30,676 bases of DNA from a virus (Duplodnaviria > Caudoviricetes). The DNA is taken from positions 1 through 30,676 of IMG/VR virus record IMGVR_UViG_3300032295_000198; one strand, written 5' to 3'. Shown piece after piece: positions 16,030 to 26,598 of this stretch. The notes beneath the pieces are model-generated. The model worked only from the letters and a program-made list of their open reading frames with translations. It made no database searches and was not told the DNA's origin. Every line of letters starts with the position of its first letter. The first letter of the stretch is position 1. The position numbers and the translations under genes were made by a program.

Positions 16030-18509
16030 CAGCAATCTCTCAACGTATACCTAACTTCATTGGTGGTGTTTCCCAACAGGCTGATGAGAAGATGCTGTTG
16101 GGTCAAGTTAAAGATGCACTGAACTGCTACCCTGATATTGCTCTTGGTATGCTGAAGCGTCCTGGTGGTAAGTTCCTCGGTAAGTTATCGGGACTAACTG
16201 CTAACACTGCTGATAATGCTGCATGGTTTAGCATCCTACAAAGTACTACTGAAAAATATATTGCTAGTGTATCTAGTGCTGGTGTGCTTAGTGTCTGGAA
16301 TTTACAGACTGGACAGACAGCTACCATTAACTACCCTACTGGTAAGCAAGCTTCTATTGTCTCTTACTTGACTGCTGCTGATTATAGGAGCATTAAGACG
16401 CTTACCATCAACGATTACACCTATATTCTGAATACTGAGAAGACAGTAACTGCCAAGACAGCACCAACGTGGAACCCCAACCGTCAAGCTACTATTGTTG
16501 TATCTACTGTTGATTATAACGATACTTACTCAGTTAGCATTAATGGTACTACCTTTACCTATACATCACCCAACTCTGGTTCTGGCAACCTAATCATTAG
16601 TACGGTGATGACTGGTATCTCCAATGCTATCACCAGTGGTTTTGCTACTAAGACTATTATTGATAATACCATCTTCCTTACCTTTAGTTCTAATACTAAT
16701 GTCTCTGGTTTTGGTGGTCCTGATGGTAAGTATCTTCGAGTTTTCCAAGACTCTGTTACTTCAATTACTAAGTTACCCGAACAAGCTTACCATAATCAAA
16801 TCGTTAAAGTTGCCAACTCCTCAGCAGCTCAAGATGACTTTTATGTAAAATTTGTAGCAGATAGTGGGCCAAATACAAGTGGTAAGGGTATTTGGGAAGA
16901 GACTGTAGCACCTAATGTTAGTACAGGCTTTAACGAGAACACAATGCCTGTTGCTCTCATCCGTACTAGCACTAGTCCGTTAACATTCAAGGCTACGTTC
17001 CTTGATGGTTCTACTCAAATTGATGGATCAGCTACAGTTACAGCTAATGACGATACTCTGATCTGGGACTCACGTGGTGTAGGTGATGAAGACTCTAACA
17101 GTCATCCTACATTTGTAGATAATACAATTACTGATATCTTCCTATATAACAATAGACTTGGGTTCCTTACCGAAGATAATGTCTCCATGTCTCAAGCTGG
17201 TGACTACTATAACTTCTACCATAAATCTGCTACTACAGTAACAGCTTCTGATCCTATTGACCTTAGCTGTGCTAGCATTAAACCTGCTATTGTACGTTCT
17301 GTTGTACCAATTACTCAAGGGTTACTGTTATTTAGTGAGAACCAGCAATTCCTAATGGAAGCTGAGAACGGTGCATGGACACCTGCTAACTGCTCTATTA
17401 GTACTATTGCTAGCTACGAATGTGATCGTTATCTAAAACCTGTTGACATAGGTTCTACTGTACTTTATGTCAGTCGTAACCAAAGTTGGGCTAGGGCATT
17501 TGAGATCTTTGTTAGGGGTCAACGTGACTCTCCTGCTGTAACTGAAACGACTAAGATTGTCCCTGAGTGGATGCCACAAAGCATCACAGATGCCGTAGGA
17601 AGCGCCCAGAATGGACTGTGGGTGGCCTCTGGTAGGACTTCCCCCTATATGTACCTGCATAGGTTCTACGAGCAGGGAAATGAGCGTCCTATGGCCGCCT
17701 GGTTTAAGTGGCTGCTACCGTCTAATGTTATTCATACAGTTATTCAAAACGATATTTTATATGTACTCACTAGTGGCACTGAGGGGTACGTAGCAACTCA
17801 ACATAAGCTAGTGCTTGCACCTAGTACTGGTGGCCTTATTAACAGTCTTGGTAGTACTGTTGATCCTCACCTGGATGCGTGGTGTGAAGTAACTGATGTC
17901 TCTATGGTATCTCCTGTACCACCTACAGCACCTAGCTATAGCAACACTACCTCACTAACTAAAGTTTACCTACCTACCTATTTTAATACAACTAAGACCA
18001 TCAGGTTTGTTGTAGGCTTACTTAAGGTTGGCAGCCCTGGTACACAATCTGGTTACACTAACGTAGCTGTACTAGCATCTGATGGTGGTGGTACTTATTT
18101 CACCATTCCTGGTGATGTTACTGGTAACTACATCTATGTTGGTTATGAGTACAATATGGAGTTAACACTACCTAGGTACTACTACAGTATGGGTGAACAG
18201 GGTGTTGACTTCACTGCTGTTACTACCACTTCTCGTATGGCATTCTATACAGGACTTGGTGGTGACATTTATTTCAGTATTAGGGATCGTAGTAGACCTG
18301 AATGGTTTAGTATTGGTGGTGCACAGATTGCTGACTTCTATTCAGCTAATACCTCACCATTCCGTGATTCCTATGTCTATAAAGTCCCAATCTATCAAAG
18401 GCCAGACAACTATACAATGAAAGTAACTTCAAATACTCCGTTCCCTGTTAGTCTTGTGTCTATGCAATGGGAAGGACAATACTCACCTGGCTTCTATAGG
18501 AGGACCTGA
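16026..18509 (+). CDS. tail tubular protein B / nozzle (gp12)
   Basis: IPNFIGGVSQQAD, KRPG, NRLGFL, DPID, MQWEGQY motifs; size and synteny. Confidence 0.95.
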   Translation: MTAISQRIPNFIGGVSQQADEKMLLGQVKDALNCYPDIALGMLKRPGGKFLGKLSGLTANTADNAAWFSILQSTTEKYIASVSSAGVLSVWNLQTGQTATINYPTGKQASIVSYLTAADYRSIKTLTINDYTYILNTEKTVTAKTAPTWNPNRQATIVVSTVDYNDTYSVSINGTTFTYTSPNSGSGNLIISTVMTGISNAITSGFATKTIIDNTIFLTFSSNTNVSGFGGPDGKYLRVFQDSVTSITKLPEQAYHNQIVKVANSSAAQDDFYVKFVADSGPNTSGKGIWEETVAPNVSTGFNENTMPVALIRTSTSPLTFKATFLDGSTQIDGSATVTANDDTLIWDSRGVGDEDSNSHPTFVDNTITDIFLYNNRLGFLTEDNVSMSQAGDYYNFYHKSATTVTASDPIDLSCASIKPAIVRSVVPITQGLLLFSENQQFLMEAENGAWTPANCSISTIASYECDRYLKPVDIGSTVLYVSRNQSWARAFEIFVRGQRDSPAVTETTKIVPEWMPQSITDAVGSAQNGLWVASGRTSPYMYLHRFYEQGNERPMAAWFKWLLPSNVIHTVIQNDILYVLTSGTEGYVATQHKLVLAPSTGGLINSLGSTVDPHLDAWCEVTDVSMVSPVPPTAPSYSNTTSLTKVYLPTYFNTTKTIRFVVGLLKVGSPGTQSGYTNVAVLASDGGGTYFTIPGDVTGNYIYVGYEYNMELTLPRYYYSMGEQGVDFTAVTTTSRMAFYTGLGGDIYFSIRDRSRPEWFSIGGAQIADFYSANTSPFRDSYVYKVPIYQRPDNYTMKVTSNTPFPVSLVSMQWEGQYSPGFYRRT

Positions 18510-18511
18510 TT

Positions 18512-19354
18512 ATGGCAGCAGGAGCAATTATTGCAGGTGTTGGTGCCATTTTTGGTATAGCTGGCGCTGCACGGGGAACATCTGCCCAGAACAAAGCTGT
18601 AGAAAAACAGTTCGAATACGATCTACAAGCTTGGAAATACAGCAAGGATCGGCTTAGGGCTGATCGTAAACATAACGTTGAACAGTGGCGTTATAACGTA
18701 CAGAATGAAGAAACCCTAGGTGCGTTTAGGGATGCCACTAATCTACAGGATTGGCAGTATCAAACAAAGATTCAACAGGCTGAGTATGCTCAACAACTGA
18801 AGCAATTCGCTAAGTCTGAGCAGATCTATGGTCAGCAACGTACTTTTAACGAGTTAGCTAGATCAGCTGCTGTAGAAGCTGAGTACCGTAAGCTAGAAGA
18901 AGCTACCAATGAACTAGCCTACCAAAATCAAGACATTATTATTCAAGCATTACAAGCTCAAGGTGTCTCTGCCGTTAAAGGGCAGGTAGGTCGTAGTGCT
19001 GATAAGGCAGAACAAGCAGAGTTTGCTTCATTTGGTAGGAACCAAGCTATCCTAGCTGACTCATTAATTAGTGCCCAAGCTGATGCTCAAGGTGCACTAA
19101 GGAAGATTGCTAACGATAAGTTTGGCGCAGACCTTGCAGCAGAAGCTAACCGTATGCTTTCTCCCTCTGCTCCTATTACAGCACCTAAGCCTCTCTCTAC
19201 TCCAAGGGCTCAGTACCTCCAGCCTCGTAAACTCACTAAGCAAGACTTTGGACCTAGGCCGATTAAAGGTGCTAAGGCAGATATGGCATCTAGTATCTTT
19301 GGTGCAGCTAGTAGTGGACTTATGAGTGTCGCTGGTGCAATACCTAGCAAATAA
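18512..19354 (+). CDS. internal virion protein (gp14-like)
   Basis: Hydrophobic Gly/Ala termini, Gln/Ala-rich helical core, synteny. Confidence 0.8.
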   Translation: MAAGAIIAGVGAIFGIAGAARGTSAQNKAVEKQFEYDLQAWKYSKDRLRADRKHNVEQWRYNVQNEETLGAFRDATNLQDWQYQTKIQQAEYAQQLKQFAKSEQIYGQQRTFNELARSAAVEAEYRKLEEATNELAYQNQDIIIQALQAQGVSAVKGQVGRSADKAEQAEFASFGRNQAILADSLISAQADAQGALRKIANDKFGADLAAEANRMLSPSAPITAPKPLSTPRAQYLQPRKLTKQDFGPRPIKGAKADMASSIFGAASSGLMSVAGAIPSK

Positions 19355-19373
19355 ACTCCTTAATTAAAGTTAA

Positions 19374-22300
19374 ATGGATCAAGTAAGTTACAGAGGGTAC
19401 GCCCGCAGTATAGGTTTCGATCCTATTAAAGCCCCGACAGAAGGTCTCTCTCGTATGCAAGAGAGGGACAACCGTGTTATACGTAACATGGAAGAAAATC
19501 GTAGGGCTGTAAAGGAAGTGAGAGATGACTATGCCCGTGGTCTTGAGAGGAAACTAAACATTGAATCTCAAGACAGGGATAGGAATTATCTCTATGAAAA
19601 ATCACTTGATGAGAATAGACAGAAGTTCGTTGAGAAGAACTCTCAGACGTTAATTCAAAACGAACTTCAACGTAGCAAGAACGTAATGGCTACGTTTGAA
19701 AGCTTATCTAAGTTTAGTACTACTCTTGGTGAAGTAGTCACTGAGTACAAGAAACAACAGACTGAGCAACAAAAACAAGAGTCTATATTTAAAGTTGCTA
19801 GTGGTCAGATTCCACTACAACAAGTTCAAGAAATGCAGAACCTGTTTGCCTTGAGTAAGGCAGCTGGTGAATCTAACGATAAGATGGTAGAAGGCTTCCA
19901 GAAGAGAGGTCTTGACCCCTATCTCATCTCATCCTTTATGTCCAGTAATCCAGCACGTAAGGCTGGTATTGTTGAACAAGCAGGTAAGATGATGTTCTCT
20001 CAAGAGTGGCCGTCTTGGTCACTCAATAAATTGAACGAACGTGGTTTGACAACTGCAGAGCAACGTTCTGCTGCTGCTCCTGCACTAATGCAAGAGTTCA
20101 TGAAAGAGAAAGGGTTTAACGATGTTAATCCTATGCTCCTTACAGATACTCTACAAAAAGCACTCACTGTGTATGGTAGCCACATCGAATCTGCTAGGAA
20201 GGCTGATATCCGTACTAGAACTGATGAGATCCTTAGTCAAGAAACTAAGAATCTAATTTCCAGTCAAACTGGTGAACAGTTCATGACTGCCCTAAAGGCA
20301 GGTGCTATTACCTATCAAGAGGATGCTGCTACTCCACTAGGTCTTAGAGGATCAAGGGAGTACTATTATAATATCCTGTCAGACTCTACACTTATTAGCG
20401 ACGAAGCTGTGCAGAATATGCTATCTACTGCTATGACTGATAATGGTCAGAGCATGAAAGATAGGTATCCTGCTGAGTATGATGCACTGATGGAGAAGCG
20501 TCGTACAGATGCTAATCAAGAAGCTGCAGCAGTCGAAGCTGTAAAAGATAGAGAGAATAAGGCAAAGCAAGATCAACTGCTTGAATATGCACGTACCAAT
20601 AACCTTAATGAAGATGAGTTAACTACTCTCATCAAACAAGCAAAGGTTGAAGGTGTCCCAACTGATCTACTTCAAGCTCAACTTGCTTTTACTACTGAAC
20701 AGCAAAATGCTGACTTCTGGACTAAGACGTTCCGTGAGGCAGAAAAGAATGGTACACTTACAGCAGAAGATGTCTATCAAGCTGGTGTTCCTGGTACTGT
20801 AAGGCAGCAGTTCCTGGGATCAGCACAAGACTTAGATCGTCGTAGATCTAATGCTGGTATTGATCCAGCGTTGGTTAAGGCTGAGTTTACTGATGAACTT
20901 AAGCGGAACTTGATTGGTGATAGTACTGATCGTGCTGCTCACTTCAGTCTACGTAGTGCATCTGCTTATGCATATAACTTGTATACGCAAAAGTTTAAGC
21001 AGTACTCCGAGACAATGGAGCCTAGTGCTGCAGCTGCTCAGGCACGCAACGATGTGCTTACTGCAATCACTAAGAAGAGTGGTAGGTTTGCTGTTATTAC
21101 CTCTGCTCAAGGTAAGACCTCACAGGCTTTCTATGGAGCGTTTACACCTGGTAAGCATCCTAATGCACCCTCTTCGATTAACATCATCAACACAAAGGAT
21201 GTTGTAAACCGATTCAATTCCAACCGTAATATCATCAATGAGGAGGTTATTGTTAGTCCTGCTTTGTTGAAGGATATCGACAATAGGATTGCTAACGGTA
21301 AGCCGTTCTCGATGCCTGAAGTTCTTAACATTCTACAAAGAGCACAGCCTGGTACTACTGCTACTGATCTCCTTAATGCTCAACTTAAGGCAGCAGGTCT
21401 CAAACAACGAGTACAGTCTGGGTTTAGAGATACACTAAGTAGGAACATCATGAATGATCCTGTGTTGCAACGTATCTTTGCTCAATCTACTACCCAGGAT
21501 CGACTTAACACTACTATCATTGGTAGTGGTAGTGCGCCTGCTACTGTACGTACAGGCAACAATGGTTATGCTGATGTAGCAGCACTTGGTACTGCCTCTG
21601 GATTTAAATTCCCTCAGGTGATGGCTGCTATGTGGGCATTGGAGAGTGGATGGGGTAAGTACACCTCAGGTAAGAATAACGTCTTTAACATTAAGGCACG
21701 CCCTGGTCAAGGTACACAAAAGAATGGTTCCTATTGGAGGGACTATCCTTCACCTCTTGAGTCTGCTAAGGACTTCATGAATCTCATGACTGATCCTAGG
21801 TATGCTCCTGGATTGGCTAAAGCTAAAACACCACGTCAAGCTATTGAAGCTATTGCAGCTGGTGGCTATGCTGGTGGTGAAGCTGCCTATCCTAGTAAGA
21901 TCATTCGTGTGATGCAACAGATGGGTGTTAATGTTGATCAACCTTATAACCCTGCACCTCCTGCACGTAATCAAGCATTTATGCGTCCTACCCTTGCCTA
22001 TATTACTAGTGACCTTGGTTCACCTGGTCAACCACACCTAGATGTTAAACAACAAGATAACCCCAATACTCCACAGAATGAGTTTAGAGCTAGGTTCAAA
22101 GAAAATGAGCTTGATCAATTTGTTGTTGTTCAGGATCCTGAGTTTGGTATGATTCCTGTTGGTGATCTACGTAAACGTCTCCCAGGACGTGGGGATAGCT
22201 TTGATCAACATATGGCTAGGGGTTCTCACGGTATTGACTACCCCACTGCTTACAACAGCAAAGTATTTGTTCGTAATGGAGCACGCATTGTGTCTAAACA

Positions 22301-22382
22301 ACAGACAAGGTGGGGCTCTATGGTTATTATTCAACTGCCGGATGGACGGCGTTTCAGTTTCTTGCACGGTAAATCAGTATGA
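19374..22382 (+). CDS. internal virion protein (gp15-like) with GH73 glucosaminidase and M23-like C-terminal domains
   Basis: Helical N-terminus; WALESGWG..NNVFNIK...PRYA...GYA (GH73); PHLD...HGIDY...FLHG (M23-like). Confidence 0.85.
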   Translation: MDQVSYRGYARSIGFDPIKAPTEGLSRMQERDNRVIRNMEENRRAVKEVRDDYARGLERKLNIESQDRDRNYLYEKSLDENRQKFVEKNSQTLIQNELQRSKNVMATFESLSKFSTTLGEVVTEYKKQQTEQQKQESIFKVASGQIPLQQVQEMQNLFALSKAAGESNDKMVEGFQKRGLDPYLISSFMSSNPARKAGIVEQAGKMMFSQEWPSWSLNKLNERGLTTAEQRSAAAPALMQEFMKEKGFNDVNPMLLTDTLQKALTVYGSHIESARKADIRTRTDEILSQETKNLISSQTGEQFMTALKAGAITYQEDAATPLGLRGSREYYYNILSDSTLISDEAVQNMLSTAMTDNGQSMKDRYPAEYDALMEKRRTDANQEAAAVEAVKDRENKAKQDQLLEYARTNNLNEDELTTLIKQAKVEGVPTDLLQAQLAFTTEQQNADFWTKTFREAEKNGTLTAEDVYQAGVPGTVRQQFLGSAQDLDRRRSNAGIDPALVKAEFTDELKRNLIGDSTDRAAHFSLRSASAYAYNLYTQKFKQYSETMEPSAAAAQARNDVLTAITKKSGRFAVITSAQGKTSQAFYGAFTPGKHPNAPSSINIINTKDVVNRFNSNRNIINEEVIVSPALLKDIDNRIANGKPFSMPEVLNILQRAQPGTTATDLLNAQLKAAGLKQRVQSGFRDTLSRNIMNDPVLQRIFAQSTTQDRLNTTIIGSGSAPATVRTGNNGYADVAALGTASGFKFPQVMAAMWALESGWGKYTSGKNNVFNIKARPGQGTQKNGSYWRDYPSPLESAKDFMNLMTDPRYAPGLAKAKTPRQAIEAIAAGGYAGGEAAYPSKIIRVMQQMGVNVDQPYNPAPPARNQAFMRPTLAYITSDLGSPGQPHLDVKQQDNPNTPQNEFRARFKENELDQFVVVQDPEFGMIPVGDLRKRLPGRGDSFDQHMARGSHGIDYPTAYNSKVFVRNGARIVSKQQTRWGSMVIIQLPDGRRFSFLHGKSV

Positions 22383-25300
22383 CACAAACCCCTTATGTAG
22401 ATGAAGAAGAACTGAAGCGCATTATGGCTGAGGAGGAGGCTCAGTATAACGCTCTACAGTCAGAGGCTCCTTCTTATAATCCTAAGACTAATGCTCCTGA
22501 TACAATGTATAAGGAGGCTACACCAGCTGAAAATCAAGCAGCTGGTAATGTACAACCTGTTAAGTCTCCTCAACAGCAAGCAGTTCAACAGCTTACTGGT
22601 GGTGGTCAACAACCACAGAAACCACTTAACCAAGGCTCTGGCTTCATCTATGGTAGTGGTGATCCCAATGCTACTCTTGGTGAAGATATCGGTACCTATG
22701 CCCAACGTACCCTTGAGGGTCTTGGTTCAGTCGGTATGGGTATCATTGACTTTGGATCTGATCTAATTGGTCGTATCCCTGGTGCTGAGTGGATTGATGA
22801 CGCATGGGATGCCAACACTAAGTTCAAGAATCCTGGCTTTCAAAAGGTAAGGGAAGTATCTTCTATTCTTGTTCCTAGTATTGGTGTTGGTGCTGCATCA
22901 CGGGTAGCTACTGCTGGTATGGCTGGTGGTCCTGTTGCTCGTGGTTTGTCTGCACTTGGTATTAACGTTGCTGGTGATGTTGCTGTTAACGCTATCAGCG
23001 ACCAATCAGAAGGTGAAACGGTATCGACGATTGTGAAAGAAGCAGCACCTTGGTTGCCTGTTCCTGATGCACTTGTTGTTAAAGATACTGACTCTCCTGA
23101 ACAACGTCGTTATAAAAACATCTATGAATCAGCTGGTATTAGTATTGTCGGTGATATCATCGGTTACTCTGCTGCTGCAGGTCGTGGAGTAATGGATTGG
23201 TTTAAGCCTAACGATACAACAGCTAAGGAGTTCATGGCTTCTGAGGTACTCGTTAATGCTGATGCACCTACTGCTACTCGGTTGTCTGAGATTGACACTC
23301 AGCGTATGGCTCTACAGGAAGAGCTAGCACAGGTATCTTCTATTGCTCCTATTGATGAAGCACAGCTGATTGAACAAAGCATCCGCATTGGTGACCTTGA
23401 AGCACAGATCAAGGGTCTTGATAGTGAGGGAGGTAAGCTAACCCAACAGTACACTAACACTGGTGCTTCAGATCTCACTGAGAGCCCTCTAGAATCGTTT
23501 GTAGAGCGGCAACAGATCAGCCGTGATAGTCAGATCGATCAAGTAGGAAAGGGGCGCCTTATGGACGATCCTAGTGGGGCTGGTGGTGTTGATCCTACGA
23601 TCACTCCTACTATGTTCCCTGAGGGTTCCACTGCTGCGCTTAGCACCCCTCCTGGTAACATTGCCCGTAACATGGCTGATACTACTGCTATCAAGCTTGG
23701 TAACACTACTGGTACTCCTGCTCCTATCCTTTCTGAACGTGCTTACCATGACCTCAGTAAAGGCAATACTGTGTCTCGTGGTATTCTTGAAGACCTAGCT
23801 GAAGGTACTCGTGCTACTGGTAACTTTGATGCTATCGTTGATGGTTTCAGGTACACCAAAGCTCAGATGAGTGATCAAGCTTGGAAGATCTACAATGATA
23901 TCATTGGTACTGATAAGGTAACTGATCTTAAGAAACTCTTCCTTGATAACAGAGACGTTAAGAACCTACTTGATGGTCGTGTTATTAAATATGTTAACGA
24001 CGTTCAAGCAGAAGCCATCGGCTATGCTATGCGTGACTTGACTGATCGGTATCTTGGTAAGGTTGTCACTGAGACATCAGCTCGTGCAATGGATACCGTA
24101 GGCCGGGAAGTAGCTGACATCGCTGAAGGTTATAAGGCATTTCCTGAGACTGCTGACCTTAGTCGTGTCACTGAGATGATTGGTGATCGACTAGCCTTCC
24201 TTATGGAAGAGTATGCTCTCAATAAGTATATAGCTGGTTGGGCACTTAAGAACCAAGATCGTTGGCAGAAGTTCCTTAAGGAGTCACCTGATAAGGAGTC
24301 CGCTCTTAAGCAACTTACTGAACAGTTTGATCTTAAGGTACAAGAGAAACACGCTCAGGCACAAGGTTATCGGGATATGATTCGTAGGATTGCTATTGAA
24401 CGTCCTGAGGCTGCTCAACCTTTGATTGATGCTTTTGCATTGTCTAAGGGTGATGTAGATACCCTTGATAAGTTGATGAAGTGGGCTTCTAAGCAAGTAA
24501 GTCCCTCTGGTCTTATCTATAGCTCTGATGGTAACCTTAATGCATTTGCACAAGGTGCATGGTCGGTACGTTACAACAATATGTTGTCTGGTATTTCTGC
24601 ACTTAAGGCTATTACTGGTAACACAGTGTCTCTTACCCTTCGTACTAGCAATGCCTTCCTGGGTACTGGTCTTGGTATGTTGATGGGTAAGAACACTCCT
24701 GAGGATCTCCGTAAGGCTACCTATGTCTATGGTTCCTGGTGGACTGTAAACAAGCGTTCTATGGGTGATGCTTGGGATACTTTTAAACGTACCTGGAATA
24801 ACGGTAAGTGGGGTAATGATGCTACGATGGACTTCCGTGAGCTTGCTCGTGAAGACCTTGTAACTGACTACAACCCTAATCTTTGGGATACACTTGCTGA
24901 TATGGAAGCAGTGTGGGAGAAGGATGGTAACTGGGGTAAGTTATTCCAGTATCGTTCTGCTAGGTTCCTATATGACCTCGGCAACTGGCGTTGGACTAAG
25001 TATGGTACTAACGCAATGATTAGTGCTGATGCTTACGTACAGACCACTGTAGCTTCTCAAATGGCTCGTTCTAGGGCTTGGGATGAAGTGTTTAGTGTTG
25101 GCTATAGAGGTGCTGAACTAGCCCAGCAATTAGCTAAGGCTGAGAAGATGGCTTATGATGAGTCATTTGATGCTGTAGGTAACCTCACTGATGCTGCTGC
25201 TAAGAACGCTAGTGGTGAAATTGCACTTAACCTAAATGATGATGTTTCTGCTACGCTTACTCGTGGTGTAAACAAACTACCTTTGCTTAAAGGCTTCTTT

Positions 25301-26593
25301 GCATTCCCTAAGACTGGTGTCAATGGTGTTAAGATGGCTATGTCCTACACACCTATTGCTACCCTTCCAGGTATGAATAAGTACAGTAAGGTGCTGATGG
25401 CAGGTGATGACATCGATAAGATCAAAGATGCTCTTATGGATCATAACATTGCCTATGATGCAGTACCTAATGGTATGGCTATCTTTAAGGGTCTTGAAGC
25501 TGAGTACCGTGGTCGTGTTGCTTTCTCTGCTCTACTCACTACCTCTATGATGGGTTATGCCTTGGGTGGTAATATCCGTGGTAATGGTCCTGTTAATGCT
25601 GGTGAACGTAAGAAGCTTCGTGATAATTTCGGCTGGCAACCTAAGACCATTAACGTTGCTGGTAAATGGGTTAGTTATGCTGGTTATGAACCACTTGATA
25701 CTATCCTTACTCTTGTTGGTGACCTAGCTTACTATTCTCGTGATATTGGTTCTACTCTTACTGAGAACTTTAGGGATAAGCTGATGTGGACCCTATCTGC
25801 TACGTTTGTCAATAAGACATGGGTGGCTGGTCTTGAACCACTTGTAGCTATGGCTAATGGTGATGAAACAGCTATTAACCGGTTCCTTGCTAATGAAACA
25901 CGTGCTTATATCCCCCAGGCAGGTGCTCTTAGTGTTATCTCTAATGCCATCACAAGCTCCCAGAAGGACATTTATAACGACTTCATTGGGTATGTCAAAA
26001 ATAAGGTTCCTGGCTTCTCCAGTCAACTACCTGAACAGATTGATATCTACACAGGTAAACCTCTCAATGACATTGATAACCCAGTCCTTCGTACTCTTAA
26101 TGCTGTTAATCCAGTTAAGATCAGTGAGGGTACTGAGCCATGGCGTCAGTGGTTGATTGATAGTGGTTGGGATGGTGTCCAAATGATTCGTAAGGATAGC
26201 TCAGGTAACCACGAATACACTACTCAAGAACGTGAGATGCTGTATAAGTATATCGGTGAACAACAGATCTGGAAGGAGTACGATAAACTTAGTAAGAATA
26301 AAAAGTACAATGATCAATTAGATCGTATTCGTGCTATGCGTGTTCAAGGTCGTCCTTCTGAGGAAATCAATGCAGCTCAAAGTGAAGTCTATTCAGTTTT
26401 GAATAACATCATTAAGGATGCCCAAAAGATTGCTGAGTCTCGTATGCAGAAAGATAATGAACCAATGTGGCGTTCTATCCAGGAATCTATCTATAATAAG
26501 AACCTGATGCGTCAAGGTCGTATTGATGATGCTGCACGAGCTGCTGATCGCCGTAAAGCAGAGATTGAGAAACTAACTCAAATGTACCGATAA
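22379..26593 (+). CDS. large internal virion protein (gp16-like)
   Basis: 1404 aa, located before the tail fibre, ATGA-coupled to the gp15-like gene. Confidence 0.87.
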   Translation: MTQTPYVDEEELKRIMAEEEAQYNALQSEAPSYNPKTNAPDTMYKEATPAENQAAGNVQPVKSPQQQAVQQLTGGGQQPQKPLNQGSGFIYGSGDPNATLGEDIGTYAQRTLEGLGSVGMGIIDFGSDLIGRIPGAEWIDDAWDANTKFKNPGFQKVREVSSILVPSIGVGAASRVATAGMAGGPVARGLSALGINVAGDVAVNAISDQSEGETVSTIVKEAAPWLPVPDALVVKDTDSPEQRRYKNIYESAGISIVGDIIGYSAAAGRGVMDWFKPNDTTAKEFMASEVLVNADAPTATRLSEIDTQRMALQEELAQVSSIAPIDEAQLIEQSIRIGDLEAQIKGLDSEGGKLTQQYTNTGASDLTESPLESFVERQQISRDSQIDQVGKGRLMDDPSGAGGVDPTITPTMFPEGSTAALSTPPGNIARNMADTTAIKLGNTTGTPAPILSERAYHDLSKGNTVSRGILEDLAEGTRATGNFDAIVDGFRYTKAQMSDQAWKIYNDIIGTDKVTDLKKLFLDNRDVKNLLDGRVIKYVNDVQAEAIGYAMRDLTDRYLGKVVTETSARAMDTVGREVADIAEGYKAFPETADLSRVTEMIGDRLAFLMEEYALNKYIAGWALKNQDRWQKFLKESPDKESALKQLTEQFDLKVQEKHAQAQGYRDMIRRIAIERPEAAQPLIDAFALSKGDVDTLDKLMKWASKQVSPSGLIYSSDGNLNAFAQGAWSVRYNNMLSGISALKAITGNTVSLTLRTSNAFLGTGLGMLMGKNTPEDLRKATYVYGSWWTVNKRSMGDAWDTFKRTWNNGKWGNDATMDFRELAREDLVTDYNPNLWDTLADMEAVWEKDGNWGKLFQYRSARFLYDLGNWRWTKYGTNAMISADAYVQTTVASQMARSRAWDEVFSVGYRGAELAQQLAKAEKMAYDESFDAVGNLTDAAAKNASGEIALNLNDDVSATLTRGVNKLPLLKGFFAFPKTGVNGVKMAMSYTPIATLPGMNKYSKVLMAGDDIDKIKDALMDHNIAYDAVPNGMAIFKGLEAEYRGRVAFSALLTTSMMGYALGGNIRGNGPVNAGERKKLRDNFGWQPKTINVAGKWVSYAGYEPLDTILTLVGDLAYYSRDIGSTLTENFRDKLMWTLSATFVNKTWVAGLEPLVAMANGDETAINRFLANETRAYIPQAGALSVISNAITSSQKDIYNDFIGYVKNKVPGFSSQLPEQIDIYTGKPLNDIDNPVLRTLNAVNPVKISEGTEPWRQWLIDSGWDGVQMIRKDSSGNHEYTTQEREMLYKYIGEQQIWKEYDKLSKNKKYNDQLDRIRAMRVQGRPSEEINAAQSEVYSVLNNIIKDAQKIAESRMQKDNEPMWRSIQESIYNKNLMRQGRIDDAARAADRRKAEIEKLTQMYR

Positions 26594-26598
26594 CTTAA

